DNA of 64,000 bases from Candidatus Dormiibacterota bacterium (lineage in GTDB: Bacteria; Chloroflexota; Dormibacteria; Aeolococcales; Aeolococcaceae): contig CAVPXI010000008.1 in assembly GCA_963709585.1 (NCBI GenBank), positions 20,258 to 84,257 on the forward strand, in the 5' to 3' direction. Made by a program: the position numbers and the translations under genes. Numbering within the stretch: position 1 is the stretch's first letter; each line of letters opens with the position of its first letter. Positions 1-9,380 of this stretch are shown here, piece after piece. A model generated the notes under the pieces. The model made no database searches. It was not told the origin of the DNA and saw nothing but the letters and a program-made list of their open reading frames with translations.

Positions 1-398
1 TTCCACACCTGCTCGAACGAGGTGGCGGCTCGGTGATCAACGTCGCGTCTTTCGTCGCCCTGGTCGGCGCGGCCACGTCACAGATCGGCTATACGGCGTC
101 GAAAGGCGCCGTGCTGTCGATGAGCCGCGAGCTTGCGGTCCAGTTCGCACGTCAGGGCGTCCGAGTCAACGCGCTGTGTCCCGGGCCGGTCGAGACGCCG
201 TTGCTCATGCGCCTTTTCTCGGACAATCCTGACGCATATGAGCGCCGACGCATCCATCTGCCGATGGGCCGGCTTGCCACAGCCCGCGAGATCGCCAACG
301 CGGCGCTGTTTCTCGCCAGCGACAACTCCTCGTACGTCAACGGTGCGACGTTCCTCGTCGACGGTGGGCTCACCGCCGCCTATGTGACCCCGGAGTAG
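1..398 (+). CDS. short-chain dehydrogenase/reductase (SDR), C-terminal part; 5' end lies outside the window
   Basis: Translation contains SDR active-site and C-terminal motifs (YTASKGAVLSMSRELAVQ..., NALCPGPVETP, SSYVNGATFLVDGG). The reading frame is open to the window edge. Confidence 0.85.
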   Translation, partial: PHLLERGGGSVINVASFVALVGAATSQIGYTASKGAVLSMSRELAVQFARQGVRVNALCPGPVETPLLMRLFSDNPDAYERRRIHLPMGRLATAREIANAALFLASDNSSYVNGATFLVDGGLTAAYVTPE

Positions 399-495
399 CG
401 CCCGCCCAGTGGGTCTGTAACCCCCGGCGTAACCCTCTACGTGACGAATACACCGGCGACCGCCGCACCGACTGTCGGTGTCATGATCCCTCCAC

Positions 496-1596
496 ATGGC
501 TGTTGAGGCGGCGATCCGCTCCGCGGCGATGCCCGATCGTCGCGTGGCCCGGCCGGCGCCGGCGCCGGTGACCATCGAGGGGCTCGGTACCGCGGTTCCT
601 CCGAATCGCGTCGGCGGCGACGAGGTCCTCCGCCTGATCACTCAACTCTGGCCGCGACTGGAGCGGCGGGTCAGCCTGTTCACCAATGAACTCTCCGACA
701 GGCATCGTTACCTGGTGCGGCCGGTCGAAGAGGCGCTCGTCCCGCTCAGCCCCGGGGAGCAGGCGGCTCGCTACGCCGCCGAGGCAACGCCCCTTGCTCT
801 CGCCGCCGCTCGGCGAGCCATCACCCAGGCTGACGCGGCGATTGAGGACATCGGACTGATCGTCGTGTCATCGTGCACGGGATTCGTGCTTCCCGGGGTC
901 GATGTCCAGTTGATCAATCAGCTCCGGCTCCGGCGCGACATCCGGCGCATGCCGTTCATGAACTTCGGATGTGCCGGGGGCGCCGCTGCGCTGACCTGGG
1001 CATCCGACTGGGTTCGCTCGCATCCCGATGAGACCGCGCTGGTGGTGGCCGTCGAGGTGCCGTCGCTCACCTTTCGGCCCGAGGACGCGTCGGCCGACAA
1101 CCTGTTGAGCGTGCTCGTCTTCGGCGACGGCGCCGGCGCCGCAGTGCTCCGTGGTGGTGCGCTACCGGGGCGCATCGGGATCGGCAGGACCGGTCATCAG
1201 CTGGTGGCGTCGACCACCGAGGCGCTCGGCTTCGAGCTGGCCGATGACGGTTTCAGGCCTGTGGTGTCGCGCCGGCTGCCCCAGCTTCTCGAGAGCCACC
1301 TCCCCGCCATGGTCGATAATTTCATCGGTTCGGCCTCCGACCTCGACGCGATCGCGCTCCACCCGGGTGGCCAGGCAATCGTCGACTCGGTGACGCGGTG
1401 TCTTGGGTTGCGCGACGCTCAGCTCGCCGCGACCCGCCGGGTTATGAGCAGCACCGGCAACACATCGTCAGCCGCGATCCTGTTCGTCCTCGAGGAGCTC
1501 GCAGGGCATCTCCCCAGCACCGAAGGGAGAGGCCTTGGCGCGGCATTCGGGCCGGGCCTCATGGTCGAGCTCATCGAGCTGCTCTGGTCGTCATGA
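496..1596 (+). CDS. type III polyketide synthase (chalcone/stilbene synthase family)
   Basis: 366 aa with family motifs VVSSCTGFVLPG (active-site Cys context), FGDGAGAAVL, HPGGQAIVD, GNTSSAAILFVLEE and FGPGLMVE. Confidence 0.9.
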   Translation: MAVEAAIRSAAMPDRRVARPAPAPVTIEGLGTAVPPNRVGGDEVLRLITQLWPRLERRVSLFTNELSDRHRYLVRPVEEALVPLSPGEQAARYAAEATPLALAAARRAITQADAAIEDIGLIVVSSCTGFVLPGVDVQLINQLRLRRDIRRMPFMNFGCAGGAAALTWASDWVRSHPDETALVVAVEVPSLTFRPEDASADNLLSVLVFGDGAGAAVLRGGALPGRIGIGRTGHQLVASTTEALGFELADDGFRPVVSRRLPQLLESHLPAMVDNFIGSASDLDAIALHPGGQAIVDSVTRCLGLRDAQLAATRRVMSSTGNTSSAAILFVLEELAGHLPSTEGRGLGAAFGPGLMVELIELLWSS

Positions 1597-2210
1597 ACCG
1601 GCCCGCGCGAACCGCTCTGGTGCTCGTGAGTGGAGCGCAGCGGCTCGCCGAGCTGAGGACCTCGGCTCGCAACCGGGCCCGGGAAGGCGAAGCTGAGCAG
1701 GCATCGCCGTCGACCTACCCGGTCATGGTCGCTGTGCACGTTGCACTCTTCGCAGTCAGCGTCTGGCCGCGCTCCCGCCGGCGAGTGTCGCGGCCCGCCG
1801 AGGTCGCCGCGGTGATCGGTCTGGCCGCGGCCGCCGGCCTGCGTCGGTGGGTGATCCGAACCCTGGGCACGAGCTGGAACGTGACCGCCCATGTTCCACC
1901 GGAGGGTCACATACAGACTGGCGGCCCGTATCGCTATGTGCGCCATCCGAACTACGTCGCCGTGGCGCTCGAATTCGCGTGTCTCCCGACTGCGGTCGGT
2001 GCCATCCCAGAGGCTGTCGTCCTCTCGCTCGCAAATGCCGCGGTGATGGTGCCTCGAATTCGTGCCGAGGAGCGATTGCTCGATGCGATCCCCGGGTACC
2101 GCGAGGCGTTTCGCGGCGTCCCGCGCTTCATTCCCCGCCCCAGCCGCCGCAGCCGTCAGATCCCCGCCAGCGACACCCAGTCCCGCGCGGTGAGATTCCC
2201 GAACGTCTGA
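1593..2210 (+). CDS. isoprenylcysteine carboxyl methyltransferase (ICMT)-family membrane methyltransferase
   Basis: The internal ATG at 1593 overlaps the PKS stop (ATGA at 1593-1596). Hydrophobic protein with GPYRYVRHPNYVAVALEF and RIRAEERLL motifs. The longer track ORF from 1398 overlaps the PKS and is unlikely. Confidence 0.8.
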   Translation: MNRPARTALVLVSGAQRLAELRTSARNRAREGEAEQASPSTYPVMVAVHVALFAVSVWPRSRRRVSRPAEVAAVIGLAAAAGLRRWVIRTLGTSWNVTAHVPPEGHIQTGGPYRYVRHPNYVAVALEFACLPTAVGAIPEAVVLSLANAAVMVPRIRAEERLLDAIPGYREAFRGVPRFIPRPSRRSRQIPASDTQSRAVRFPNV

Positions 2211-3334
2211 TACCCGCAGTTGATCGCCATCAGCTTGCTCAATGCACGCGGATCGCGCGTTGCCCGCGTCAGCGCCCGGCGTGTCAGCATCGGCGATGCC
2301 GCCAGCCTGAGCGTCAATCGCGTGACCCGGCGCCGGTCACGCACCAGGTCGGCGTGGTCGGTCGCGTAGCGCGCTGCCGCAATGTCGACAGTGCTGCGAT
2401 TGCTGAGGAAGTCGCCGGTGTGCTGCGCGAGACGCTCGGCGAGTAGCATCCCGATCGCGATGCCATCGCCGGTGATCGGGTCGTCATACCCGGACGCGTC
2501 TCCCACGAGAAACACGCCACCGTCGGCGACCGCGCGCACTCGCTGATGGAAGTGAGCTGCGCCGAGGGGGTCCGACACCAGTTCCGCGTCGCTGAGCGCC
2601 GGAACATCTCGCCGTGCCGCACCCATGTAGCTTCGCGCCGTCATCGGTGGTCGCGATCGATGCGTGAGGATCGACACCAGGAGCAGGTCCGGCCCCACCG
2701 GTGCCTCGTACCATTCGTGGCCCCGCGCGATCGTCACATTCACGGCATCCCGATCGCGCGTATCGATTCGCCAGTGGCCTGCGAGCCCGTAGCGCATGCG
2801 GGCCTGCGATGGGACGCTCAGCCCGGCCCAGGCGCGGACCTGCGAATGCAGCCCGTCAGCGCCGACCACGATTCGAGCCGTGATGTCGCCGGTCGTGGTC
2901 GTGACCCCGATCACGCCGCTGGACGGGTCACGGAGCAGCCCGGTGACTCGCTCGGTCTCGCGGACCTCGGCGCGGTGCTCGTGACGCACCGCGTCCACAA
3001 GCATCGCGTCGAAGCTCGTACGTCGAACGCCGAGCCCGGCACCCGCTCCTCCGCGCGGCGGCACGGGAAAGGGCACGTGGACACGTGGCCCGCCGCGCTG
3101 CTGGAAGGTGACGCCGCGCAGCGCATGCGCACCGGTCGCAAGGACGGTCTCGTAGAGGCCCATCCTGCGGAGCGCTTCCACACCCGGGGGCATGACTCCC
3201 TCGCCACACGCTTTGTCACGAGGGAATCGAGCCCGATCCACGAGGACGACGTCGTGGCCGCTTCTGGCGAGGAGGAGCGCCGTGGTTGCGCCACTCGGAC
3301 CCGCGCCCACCACGACCGCCTCGGTCTCGATCAC
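2156..3334 (-). CDS. FAD-dependent oxidoreductase (geranylgeranyl-reductase / aromatic hydroxylase-like)
   Basis: Rossmann motif AVVVGAGPSGATTALLLARSGHDVVLVDR directly follows the GTG at 3334; also DKACGEG and GDASGYDDPITGDGI. The N-terminal extension of the track ORF to 3607 is low-complexity and overlaps the next gene. Confidence 0.8.
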   Translation of the reverse strand: MIETEAVVVGAGPSGATTALLLARSGHDVVLVDRARFPRDKACGEGVMPPGVEALRRMGLYETVLATGAHALRGVTFQQRGGPRVHVPFPVPPRGGAGAGLGVRRTSFDAMLVDAVRHEHRAEVRETERVTGLLRDPSSGVIGVTTTTGDITARIVVGADGLHSQVRAWAGLSVPSQARMRYGLAGHWRIDTRDRDAVNVTIARGHEWYEAPVGPDLLLVSILTHRSRPPMTARSYMGAARRDVPALSDAELVSDPLGAAHFHQRVRAVADGGVFLVGDASGYDDPITGDGIAIGMLLAERLAQHTGDFLSNRSTVDIAAARYATDHADLVRDRRRVTRLTLRLAASPMLTRRALTRATRDPRALSKLMAINCGYQTFGNLTARDWVSLAGI

Positions 3335-3416
3335 CGGGGCACTGTCGCAGAACGACCCGGACGCGGGCGTATCGACCGGGGACCACACTCCGCCGATCCC
3401 GGGGGATGATGCGTCG

Positions 3417-4661
3417 GTGACGTTTCTTTCGGGGCTGCACGGGGTGGTTGCGCTGGCGCTGCTCCCCGCGCTGCTCTTCGCCGAGGAGGCAGGCGTCCCG
3501 CTGCCGTTCGCCCCGGGGGAGCTGGTGCTCCTGGTTGCGGGCCTGCTCATCGCATCCGGCGGGCTCAATCCGTATGCGTTCATACCGCTGGCGCTCGTCG
3601 CCTGCATCGCCGGGTCGCTGGTCGGCTACAGCTGGGCTCGCGCCGTCGGTGATCGAGGTCTCAGAGGGCTGGCCCGGCGCCTGCGCCAGCAGCGCAACCT
3701 CGAGCGCGTCGAGGCACGGCTTCGCGCGACGGGATGGAGAGGGATCGCGATCAGCAGGCTGATCCCAGGCCTGCGCATCTACACCACGTTGGTCGCGGGT
3801 GCTGTCCAGGTCCGGCGGCAGTCATTCATCCTGGCGATGGTCGCGTCGACGATCGTCTGGGTCGGAGTCTTCGTCTCCCTCGGAATCCTGATCGGCGTGC
3901 CCGTCGAGCATTTTCTTGGCCGGATTCAACAACTCGCCGTTCAGGGGGCGATCCTCGTCGCCATGGGCGTCGGCTGCTACGTGGCGGTGCGCAAGACGCC
4001 GTCGTCGTCGGGGGCAGGGCTCGTCCGGGTGCCACGCTGGGTGCGAGTTGTGCTCGCCGCCCTGCTCGATATCGGCGTCGTGGCCAGCATCGTGACCGGG
4101 TTGCTTGCCCTCGGGCGCCTGCTCGATCTCGGCTTCGGGAGCGGCTGGTTGGACCCGGTGATTGCGCTCCTGGTCGTCGGAGCGTTTTATGTGATCGTCG
4201 CCCGGCGCAGTGCAGGGGCGACGGCAGGCGAGGTCCTGCTGCAGACCAGCTACGTCAGCGGTCATGGGTTGCCGCTGAAACCTCGAGCGGCGCTGGCGGC
4301 GGTGCGCTCCCTGGTCACACGATCGGACGACGAGCTGACGGCCACCGGTGACCTGCTCCACGCGCTCGGCGATCCCGAGCGGCTCCGGATCGTCACCCAG
4401 CTGCTCGACGGCCCCCAGACGCTCGATGAGCTCGCCTTGAGGTCGAGGCTCTCCCCCTTCGAAGTCCTGCACCAGCTCGATCGATTCCAGTCGACCGGAG
4501 TACTCGTGATCAACGGCCAGGAACCGAACGCGACGTATGCGATTCGCGCCGACCTGGGCCATGTGCTGCTCCAGCTGCTGGCCATCATGGAGTCGACACC
4601 GACGGCGACCGCGCCTCAGGAGGCCATGCCGAAGCCGGCGCAGACCAACCCCGTCGGCTAA
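3417..4661 (+). CDS. DedA-family membrane protein with additional TM/RDD-like segment and C-terminal ArsR-type winged-helix domain
   Basis: DedA-like N-terminus (EEAGVPLPFAPGELVLLVAG ... ISRLIPGLRIYTTLVAG), further TM helices, then LGDPERLRIVTQLLDGPQTLDELALRSRLSPFEVLHQLDRFQSTGVLV (ArsR HTH). Start set at GTG 3417 and is uncertain. Confidence 0.7.
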   Translation: MTFLSGLHGVVALALLPALLFAEEAGVPLPFAPGELVLLVAGLLIASGGLNPYAFIPLALVACIAGSLVGYSWARAVGDRGLRGLARRLRQQRNLERVEARLRATGWRGIAISRLIPGLRIYTTLVAGAVQVRRQSFILAMVASTIVWVGVFVSLGILIGVPVEHFLGRIQQLAVQGAILVAMGVGCYVAVRKTPSSSGAGLVRVPRWVRVVLAALLDIGVVASIVTGLLALGRLLDLGFGSGWLDPVIALLVVGAFYVIVARRSAGATAGEVLLQTSYVSGHGLPLKPRAALAAVRSLVTRSDDELTATGDLLHALGDPERLRIVTQLLDGPQTLDELALRSRLSPFEVLHQLDRFQSTGVLVINGQEPNATYAIRADLGHVLLQLLAIMESTPTATAPQEAMPKPAQTNPVG

Positions 4662-4698
4662 CCAGCCGGACGCGGCTTGGTTCTCCCGACGGTCGCGC

Positions 4699-5718
4699 TC
4701 AGAGCGCTCCGACGATGAGCGCAAACACAGCCGCCATTGCGGCAGTCGCAGGGATGGTGAGCACCCAGGCGACCAGAATATTTCGCGCCACACCCCATCG
4801 CACCGCTCCGAGCCGGCGGGTTGCCCCCGCTCCCATCACCGCCCCAGAGACCACATGTGTCGTGCTCACCGGCAGCGCGAGTTGCGTGGCGCCCTGAATC
4901 ACGACCGCCGCCATGGTCTGGGCGCAGAAGCCGTCGACCGGCTCGAGCCTGATCACCTTCATGCCCAGGGTCCGGATGATCCGCCAGCCGCCTGCGTATG
5001 TCCCGAACCCGATCGCCGTCGCCGCCAGCAGCACCACCCAGAGCGGCGGTGACGGAAATTGTTTTCCACCCGCGGAAAGCACGCCTGCGCTAACCAACGC
5101 GAGGGTGATCACCCCCATCGTCTTCTGCGCGTCATTGGCCCCGTGCGAAAACGACACGAACGCCCCGGACGCGATCTGAGCCAGGCGAAAGCGTCGGTTC
5201 ATGGGACTTGGCTGGGCGTGGCGGAACACGTCGAGGGTGAGGATGGTGAACGCATACGCCAAAACGAGTCCGATGAGTGGTGAGGCGACCAGTGCGATGA
5301 CCACAGGAACCACGGATCCCCATTTAACCGCGTCCACGCCATACGCGACCACGCCCATACCGATGAGTGCCCCGATCAATGCATGCGACGAGCTCGACGG
5401 CAATCCCAAACGCCAGGTGATGAGGTTCCAGACGATCGCGCCCACGAGCGCCGCAATGATCATGCCGAGCGACACGCCGTGCTTTGGCGCAACCAGTCCT
5501 CCGATTGTGTTGGCGACATGCGTGTGCAGAATCTCGATGGCGATCAGCGCGCCCAGAAGATTGAACGCCGCCGACATGGCGACCGCCGTGCGCGGCCCGA
5601 GCGCACGCGTGCTGATCGACGTCGCCACCGCGTTCGCTGTGTCATGGAATCCGTTGGTGAAGTCGAATCCCAGCGCGATCACCACGGTCGCGATCAGCAG
5701 CGTATCGACGCCGGTCAC
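4699..5718 (-). CDS. inorganic phosphate transporter, PiT family
   Basis: FDFTNGFHDTANAVATSISTRAL and SFSHGANDAQKTMG signature repeats. The GTG start overlaps the stop of the upstream DUF47 gene (GTGA at 5715-5718). Confidence 0.9.
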   Translation of the reverse strand: MTGVDTLLIATVVIALGFDFTNGFHDTANAVATSISTRALGPRTAVAMSAAFNLLGALIAIEILHTHVANTIGGLVAPKHGVSLGMIIAALVGAIVWNLITWRLGLPSSSSHALIGALIGMGVVAYGVDAVKWGSVVPVVIALVASPLIGLVLAYAFTILTLDVFRHAQPSPMNRRFRLAQIASGAFVSFSHGANDAQKTMGVITLALVSAGVLSAGGKQFPSPPLWVVLLAATAIGFGTYAGGWRIIRTLGMKVIRLEPVDGFCAQTMAAVVIQGATQLALPVSTTHVVSGAVMGAGATRRLGAVRWGVARNILVAWVLTIPATAAMAAVFALIVGAL

Positions 5719-6335
5719 GCGTTCTTGATGATGATGCCTTCGATAACGTTGGCCACGTCCTCGCAGCGATCGAGCGAATCTTCGAGCAGCGTGTAGAAGT
5801 CCTTGAGCTTGATGATCGTGACTGCGTCGTGCCCCCCGCTGAACAGCTCCCCGATTGCGCGCCGCAACTCGGTATCGGCGACGTTCTCGATGCGATGGAC
5901 CTCGATGCCGTGGTCGCTCACCCCGGCCTTCGCCTCGAGCTTCGAGACCGCCGCCTGGATCTGCACGGCCGCTTCCACGATCAGACCGGCCATGGATCGC
6001 GCCGCCGGTGGGATCTCGGCGATCCCGTAGAGGACGATCGTCTCGGCGATCTCGTCGATGTAGTCGAGCACATCATCGAGTCCCGAGCTCAAGGCGTAGA
6101 TGTCCTCGCGGTCGAACGGGGTGATAAAGGTGCGGTTCAGAGTCCTGATGATCTCGTGGGTCAGCTCGTCACCGGCGTGCTCCAGGTCCTTGATCGCCGC
6201 CTGGTGCGCAGGCATCGCCTCGATGCGGTCGTCGAAGGCGGCGCGGAGCAATTGCGAGGCTTCCACCACGTTGGCCGCCTGGCGATCGAACAGCTCGTAA
6301 AATCGGCGTTCGCGACGGAGGAGACTGACCGGCAT
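5715..6335 (-). CDS. DUF47 / PhoU-like phosphate transport regulator
   Basis: Internal ATG at 6335 (MPVSLLRRERRFYELFD...). All-helical PhoU-like protein, translationally coupled to the PiT gene, which is the usual pairing. Confidence 0.8.
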   Translation of the reverse strand: MPVSLLRRERRFYELFDRQAANVVEASQLLRAAFDDRIEAMPAHQAAIKDLEHAGDELTHEIIRTLNRTFITPFDREDIYALSSGLDDVLDYIDEIAETIVLYGIAEIPPAARSMAGLIVEAAVQIQAAVSKLEAKAGVSDHGIEVHRIENVADTELRRAIGELFSGGHDAVTIIKLKDFYTLLEDSLDRCEDVANVIEGIIIKNA

Positions 6336-6355
6336 GGGCGCGCCGATCCTACCTG

Positions 6356-8239
6356 ATGGACCTTCCATGCGACGACCAGGTCACCCGCGCGCCACAGAAC
6401 TCCGAACGACTGCCCCAATTTGGGCCTGAGAGGGGAACCTATTTCCAGGCCCTGCCCCGGGCCGCGCGAGGCAACATTGCGGAGAGGGGTGCCGCGGGGG
6501 TTGGACACATCACCGACGTCACCCGGCCGCCCACGCCGGACGCTGTCCCCTCCGCCCATCAGTGGCAACGTCGACCGGTTCTGAGCCTGCTCGTCCGTGC
6601 CGCGGTCGTGGTCGTTCCCGCCGCGGTCGCGATCGCGGCCGGAACCGCGGTGGGCCGTGTCCTGCCGCGACCGAACGGCTTCGCCGGTGCAGCGCTGTCG
6701 TTCGCAACGGTGACTCTGGTGATGCTCGTGACCATCATCGCGCTGGAACGCGCGGGTCGCCGTCTGCTCCCGCTCGCTGCGCTCCTCAATCTGTCGATGA
6801 TCTTCCCCGACCGCGCGCCGAAGCGGTTCGCTGTGGCTCGTCGGGTTGGGAAGCCACGCGATCTACAGCGCCAGCTTCAGGAAGCGCGCGAAAAGGGCGT
6901 AACCGGCGGCGAGGTCGCGCACATGCAGCTGGTGTTGGAGCTCGTCGCGGCGCTCAGCGTCCACGACCGCCAGACCCGCGGTCACTCGGAACGGGTTCGC
7001 GTGTTCACCGACCTCATCTCCGACGAGATGAAGCTCGCTCCCGGCGATCGCGCCCGGCTGCGCTGGGCGGCGCTGCTCCACGACATCGGCAAGCTGGTCG
7101 TCCCAGCCGAAATTCTGTCCAAGCCCGCAAAGCTGACCACCGCGGAGATGGACGACGTCCGTCGTCACCCCGACGAAGGCGCGAGGCTCATCGGTTCGTT
7201 GAGCGCCTGGCTCGGCGAGTGGGCCGGCGCAGTGGCCCAACATCACGAACGCTTCGACGGTCGCGGCTATCCGCGGGGGCTGGCCGGCGATCAGATCTCG
7301 CTCGCCGGGCGCATCGTCGCGGTCGCCAACTCGTATGAGGTGATGACCGCGGTGCGCCCGTATCGCAAGCCGATCGGCGTCTCAGCCGCCCGGCAGGAGC
7401 TGGTGAAGTGCTCGGGGGCACAGTTCGATCCGGTCGTCGTTCGCGCCTTTCTGAACATCTCCGTGGGACGTCTCTGGCGAGTCGTCGGACTCAGTTCCTG
7501 GATCGCGCAGCTACCGCTGATCGGCTGGGTCGACCGCCTGGGATGGAACTGGGGCGCGGCGGTCATGTCCGGGACCACGGCACTCGGCCTGACCGCGCCT
7601 GGAATACTGCCGCACACGTCCCGGCCTCCCGCGCCGACCGCGGCAATCTCGGTCGTCTCCACCGGCCCGCTGCCCGCTCAGGGACAGGGTGGATCGACCG
7701 GCCGGACCGGTGGCGCGCCAGGGACAGGCGCGACCCCCAACTCGGACAAATCATCCACTCCCTCAGCATCTCCGACGCCCGCGCCCGGCAGCGTGTTGTC
7801 GTTGCCAATCCCAACGCTCCCCGCTATCCCAGCGCCAATTCCGACCCCAACGCCCCGCAGCTCGCCGCCGTTGCCAATCCCGACGCCCACTGCTACATCA
7901 ACGCCAATCCCAACCCCAGCGCCTGCCCCGCCCCCCACGCCGCCGCCACCCGACAAGCCCCCGGTCGTGACCGTCAACGGGCGCGTCAACCTGCTCGGTG
8001 GTTTCAGCGGTTCGGGCAACTTTGCGGACCCCGACGGCGGCGGCGACACCTACACCGCGACGGTGAACTACGGGGACGGCAGCGGTCCGGTTCCGCTAAC
8101 ACTCACCAGCACCACCTTCGTCCTTTCATACCAGTATCCGGTGCTCGTCCTCTTGCCGCAGCAATACAAGATCACGGTGACCGTCACGGACAGCGAGGGA
8201 ATATCAGGCAGCGCTTCAACCACCATCACGATCCTGTAG
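6356..8239 (+). CDS. HD-GYP domain protein with N- and C-terminal TM segments, Pro/Thr-rich linker and C-terminal PKD-like domain
   Basis: HDIGKLVVP ... HHERFDGRGYP (HD-GYP); hydrophobic stretches before and after the domain; PT-rich tract; C-terminal YTATVNYGDGSG ... ITVTVTDSEGISGSASTTITI. The true start is probably downstream of 6356. Confidence 0.8.
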   Translation: MDLPCDDQVTRAPQNSERLPQFGPERGTYFQALPRAARGNIAERGAAGVGHITDVTRPPTPDAVPSAHQWQRRPVLSLLVRAAVVVVPAAVAIAAGTAVGRVLPRPNGFAGAALSFATVTLVMLVTIIALERAGRRLLPLAALLNLSMIFPDRAPKRFAVARRVGKPRDLQRQLQEAREKGVTGGEVAHMQLVLELVAALSVHDRQTRGHSERVRVFTDLISDEMKLAPGDRARLRWAALLHDIGKLVVPAEILSKPAKLTTAEMDDVRRHPDEGARLIGSLSAWLGEWAGAVAQHHERFDGRGYPRGLAGDQISLAGRIVAVANSYEVMTAVRPYRKPIGVSAARQELVKCSGAQFDPVVVRAFLNISVGRLWRVVGLSSWIAQLPLIGWVDRLGWNWGAAVMSGTTALGLTAPGILPHTSRPPAPTAAISVVSTGPLPAQGQGGSTGRTGGAPGTGATPNSDKSSTPSASPTPAPGSVLSLPIPTLPAIPAPIPTPTPRSSPPLPIPTPTATSTPIPTPAPAPPPTPPPPDKPPVVTVNGRVNLLGGFSGSGNFADPDGGGDTYTATVNYGDGSGPVPLTLTSTTFVLSYQYPVLVLLPQQYKITVTVTDSEGISGSASTTITIL

Positions 8240-8286
8240 CAGCTCACCTTGGCCGGCAGCCGCTCCCGCCACACGGCGGACGCCTG

Positions 8287-8670
8287 TTAGTCGGCTGGGG
8301 GTGGGGTCTCGCTGAACGACGGGGCGAGGTGGCGGCGAATTTCAGCTGCCACGCTTTCGGCGTCGGGTGTGGTTACGACGAGCCGAGCATAGTCTGCGCC
8401 CGCGAGATCCACGACCACGGCCCGTTCCCGACAGTGCACAACCGCGAAGTCCTTTCCGAACGCGCCCCTTCGAGTTCCGACGGCGATAACGCTCGGAATC
8501 CCGGTACCGGGTGCACGAATGCCCCGAAGCTCGGGCCATGCGTCATCCACAACTCGGACCGCTTGCACCGCGGCGAGCGGGACGCGCACGTCGCTGTGAA
8601 AGGCCTCCACCATCTCGAGTTCGGACATCTTCACCACAAGGTCAGCGCCGTCGAGGATCAACGAGGCCAC
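8287..8670 (-). CDS. hypothetical protein (small, soluble)
   Basis: 127-aa ORF with protein-like composition and no competing gene on either strand. No motif I can name with confidence. Confidence 0.5.
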   Translation of the reverse strand: MASLILDGADLVVKMSELEMVEAFHSDVRVPLAAVQAVRVVDDAWPELRGIRAPGTGIPSVIAVGTRRGAFGKDFAVVHCRERAVVVDLAGADYARLVVTTPDAESVAAEIRRHLAPSFSETPPPAD

Positions 8671-8720
8671 ACTCGGATCTTACGAGCCGGGAGGACCGAT
8701 TCGACCGCTACTCTTGCGAA

Positions 8721-9269
<549 letters not shown>

Positions 9270-9284
9270 CCATCGGGCGGCCGC

Positions 9285-9312
9285 CTGACCTCGCATATGT
9301 CAAAGGTATAAT
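9285..9312 (+). promoter_or_regulatory. candidate sigma-70-type promoter upstream of xylA (-35 CTGACC, -10 TATAAT)
   Basis: TATAAT at 9307-9312 stands out in GC-rich DNA. CTGACC lies 16 nt upstream and the xylA start about 70 nt downstream. Sequence-only guess. Confidence 0.3.
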
Positions 9313-9380
9313 CGCGGCAGCCCAAGCCAACTGCGATCGCTCCGCGGCACAGAATGCTGGGGGGCAGTGAGGAGGTAGTT

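Noticed and set aside
2156-3607. Full 483-aa version of the FAD oxidoreductase ORF, with a 91-aa N-terminal extension.
   Set aside because: The extension is Ser/Ala/Pro-rich with no motif and overlaps the DedA-ArsR gene. The Rossmann GxGxxG motif begins right after an in-frame GTG at 3334.
7780-7960. Repetitive Pro/Thr-rich stretch that could be mistaken for a tandem DNA repeat or CRISPR-like array.
   Set aside because: It is in frame inside the HD-GYP/PKD ORF and encodes an imperfect PT linker. There are no regularly spaced identical repeats with unique spacers.
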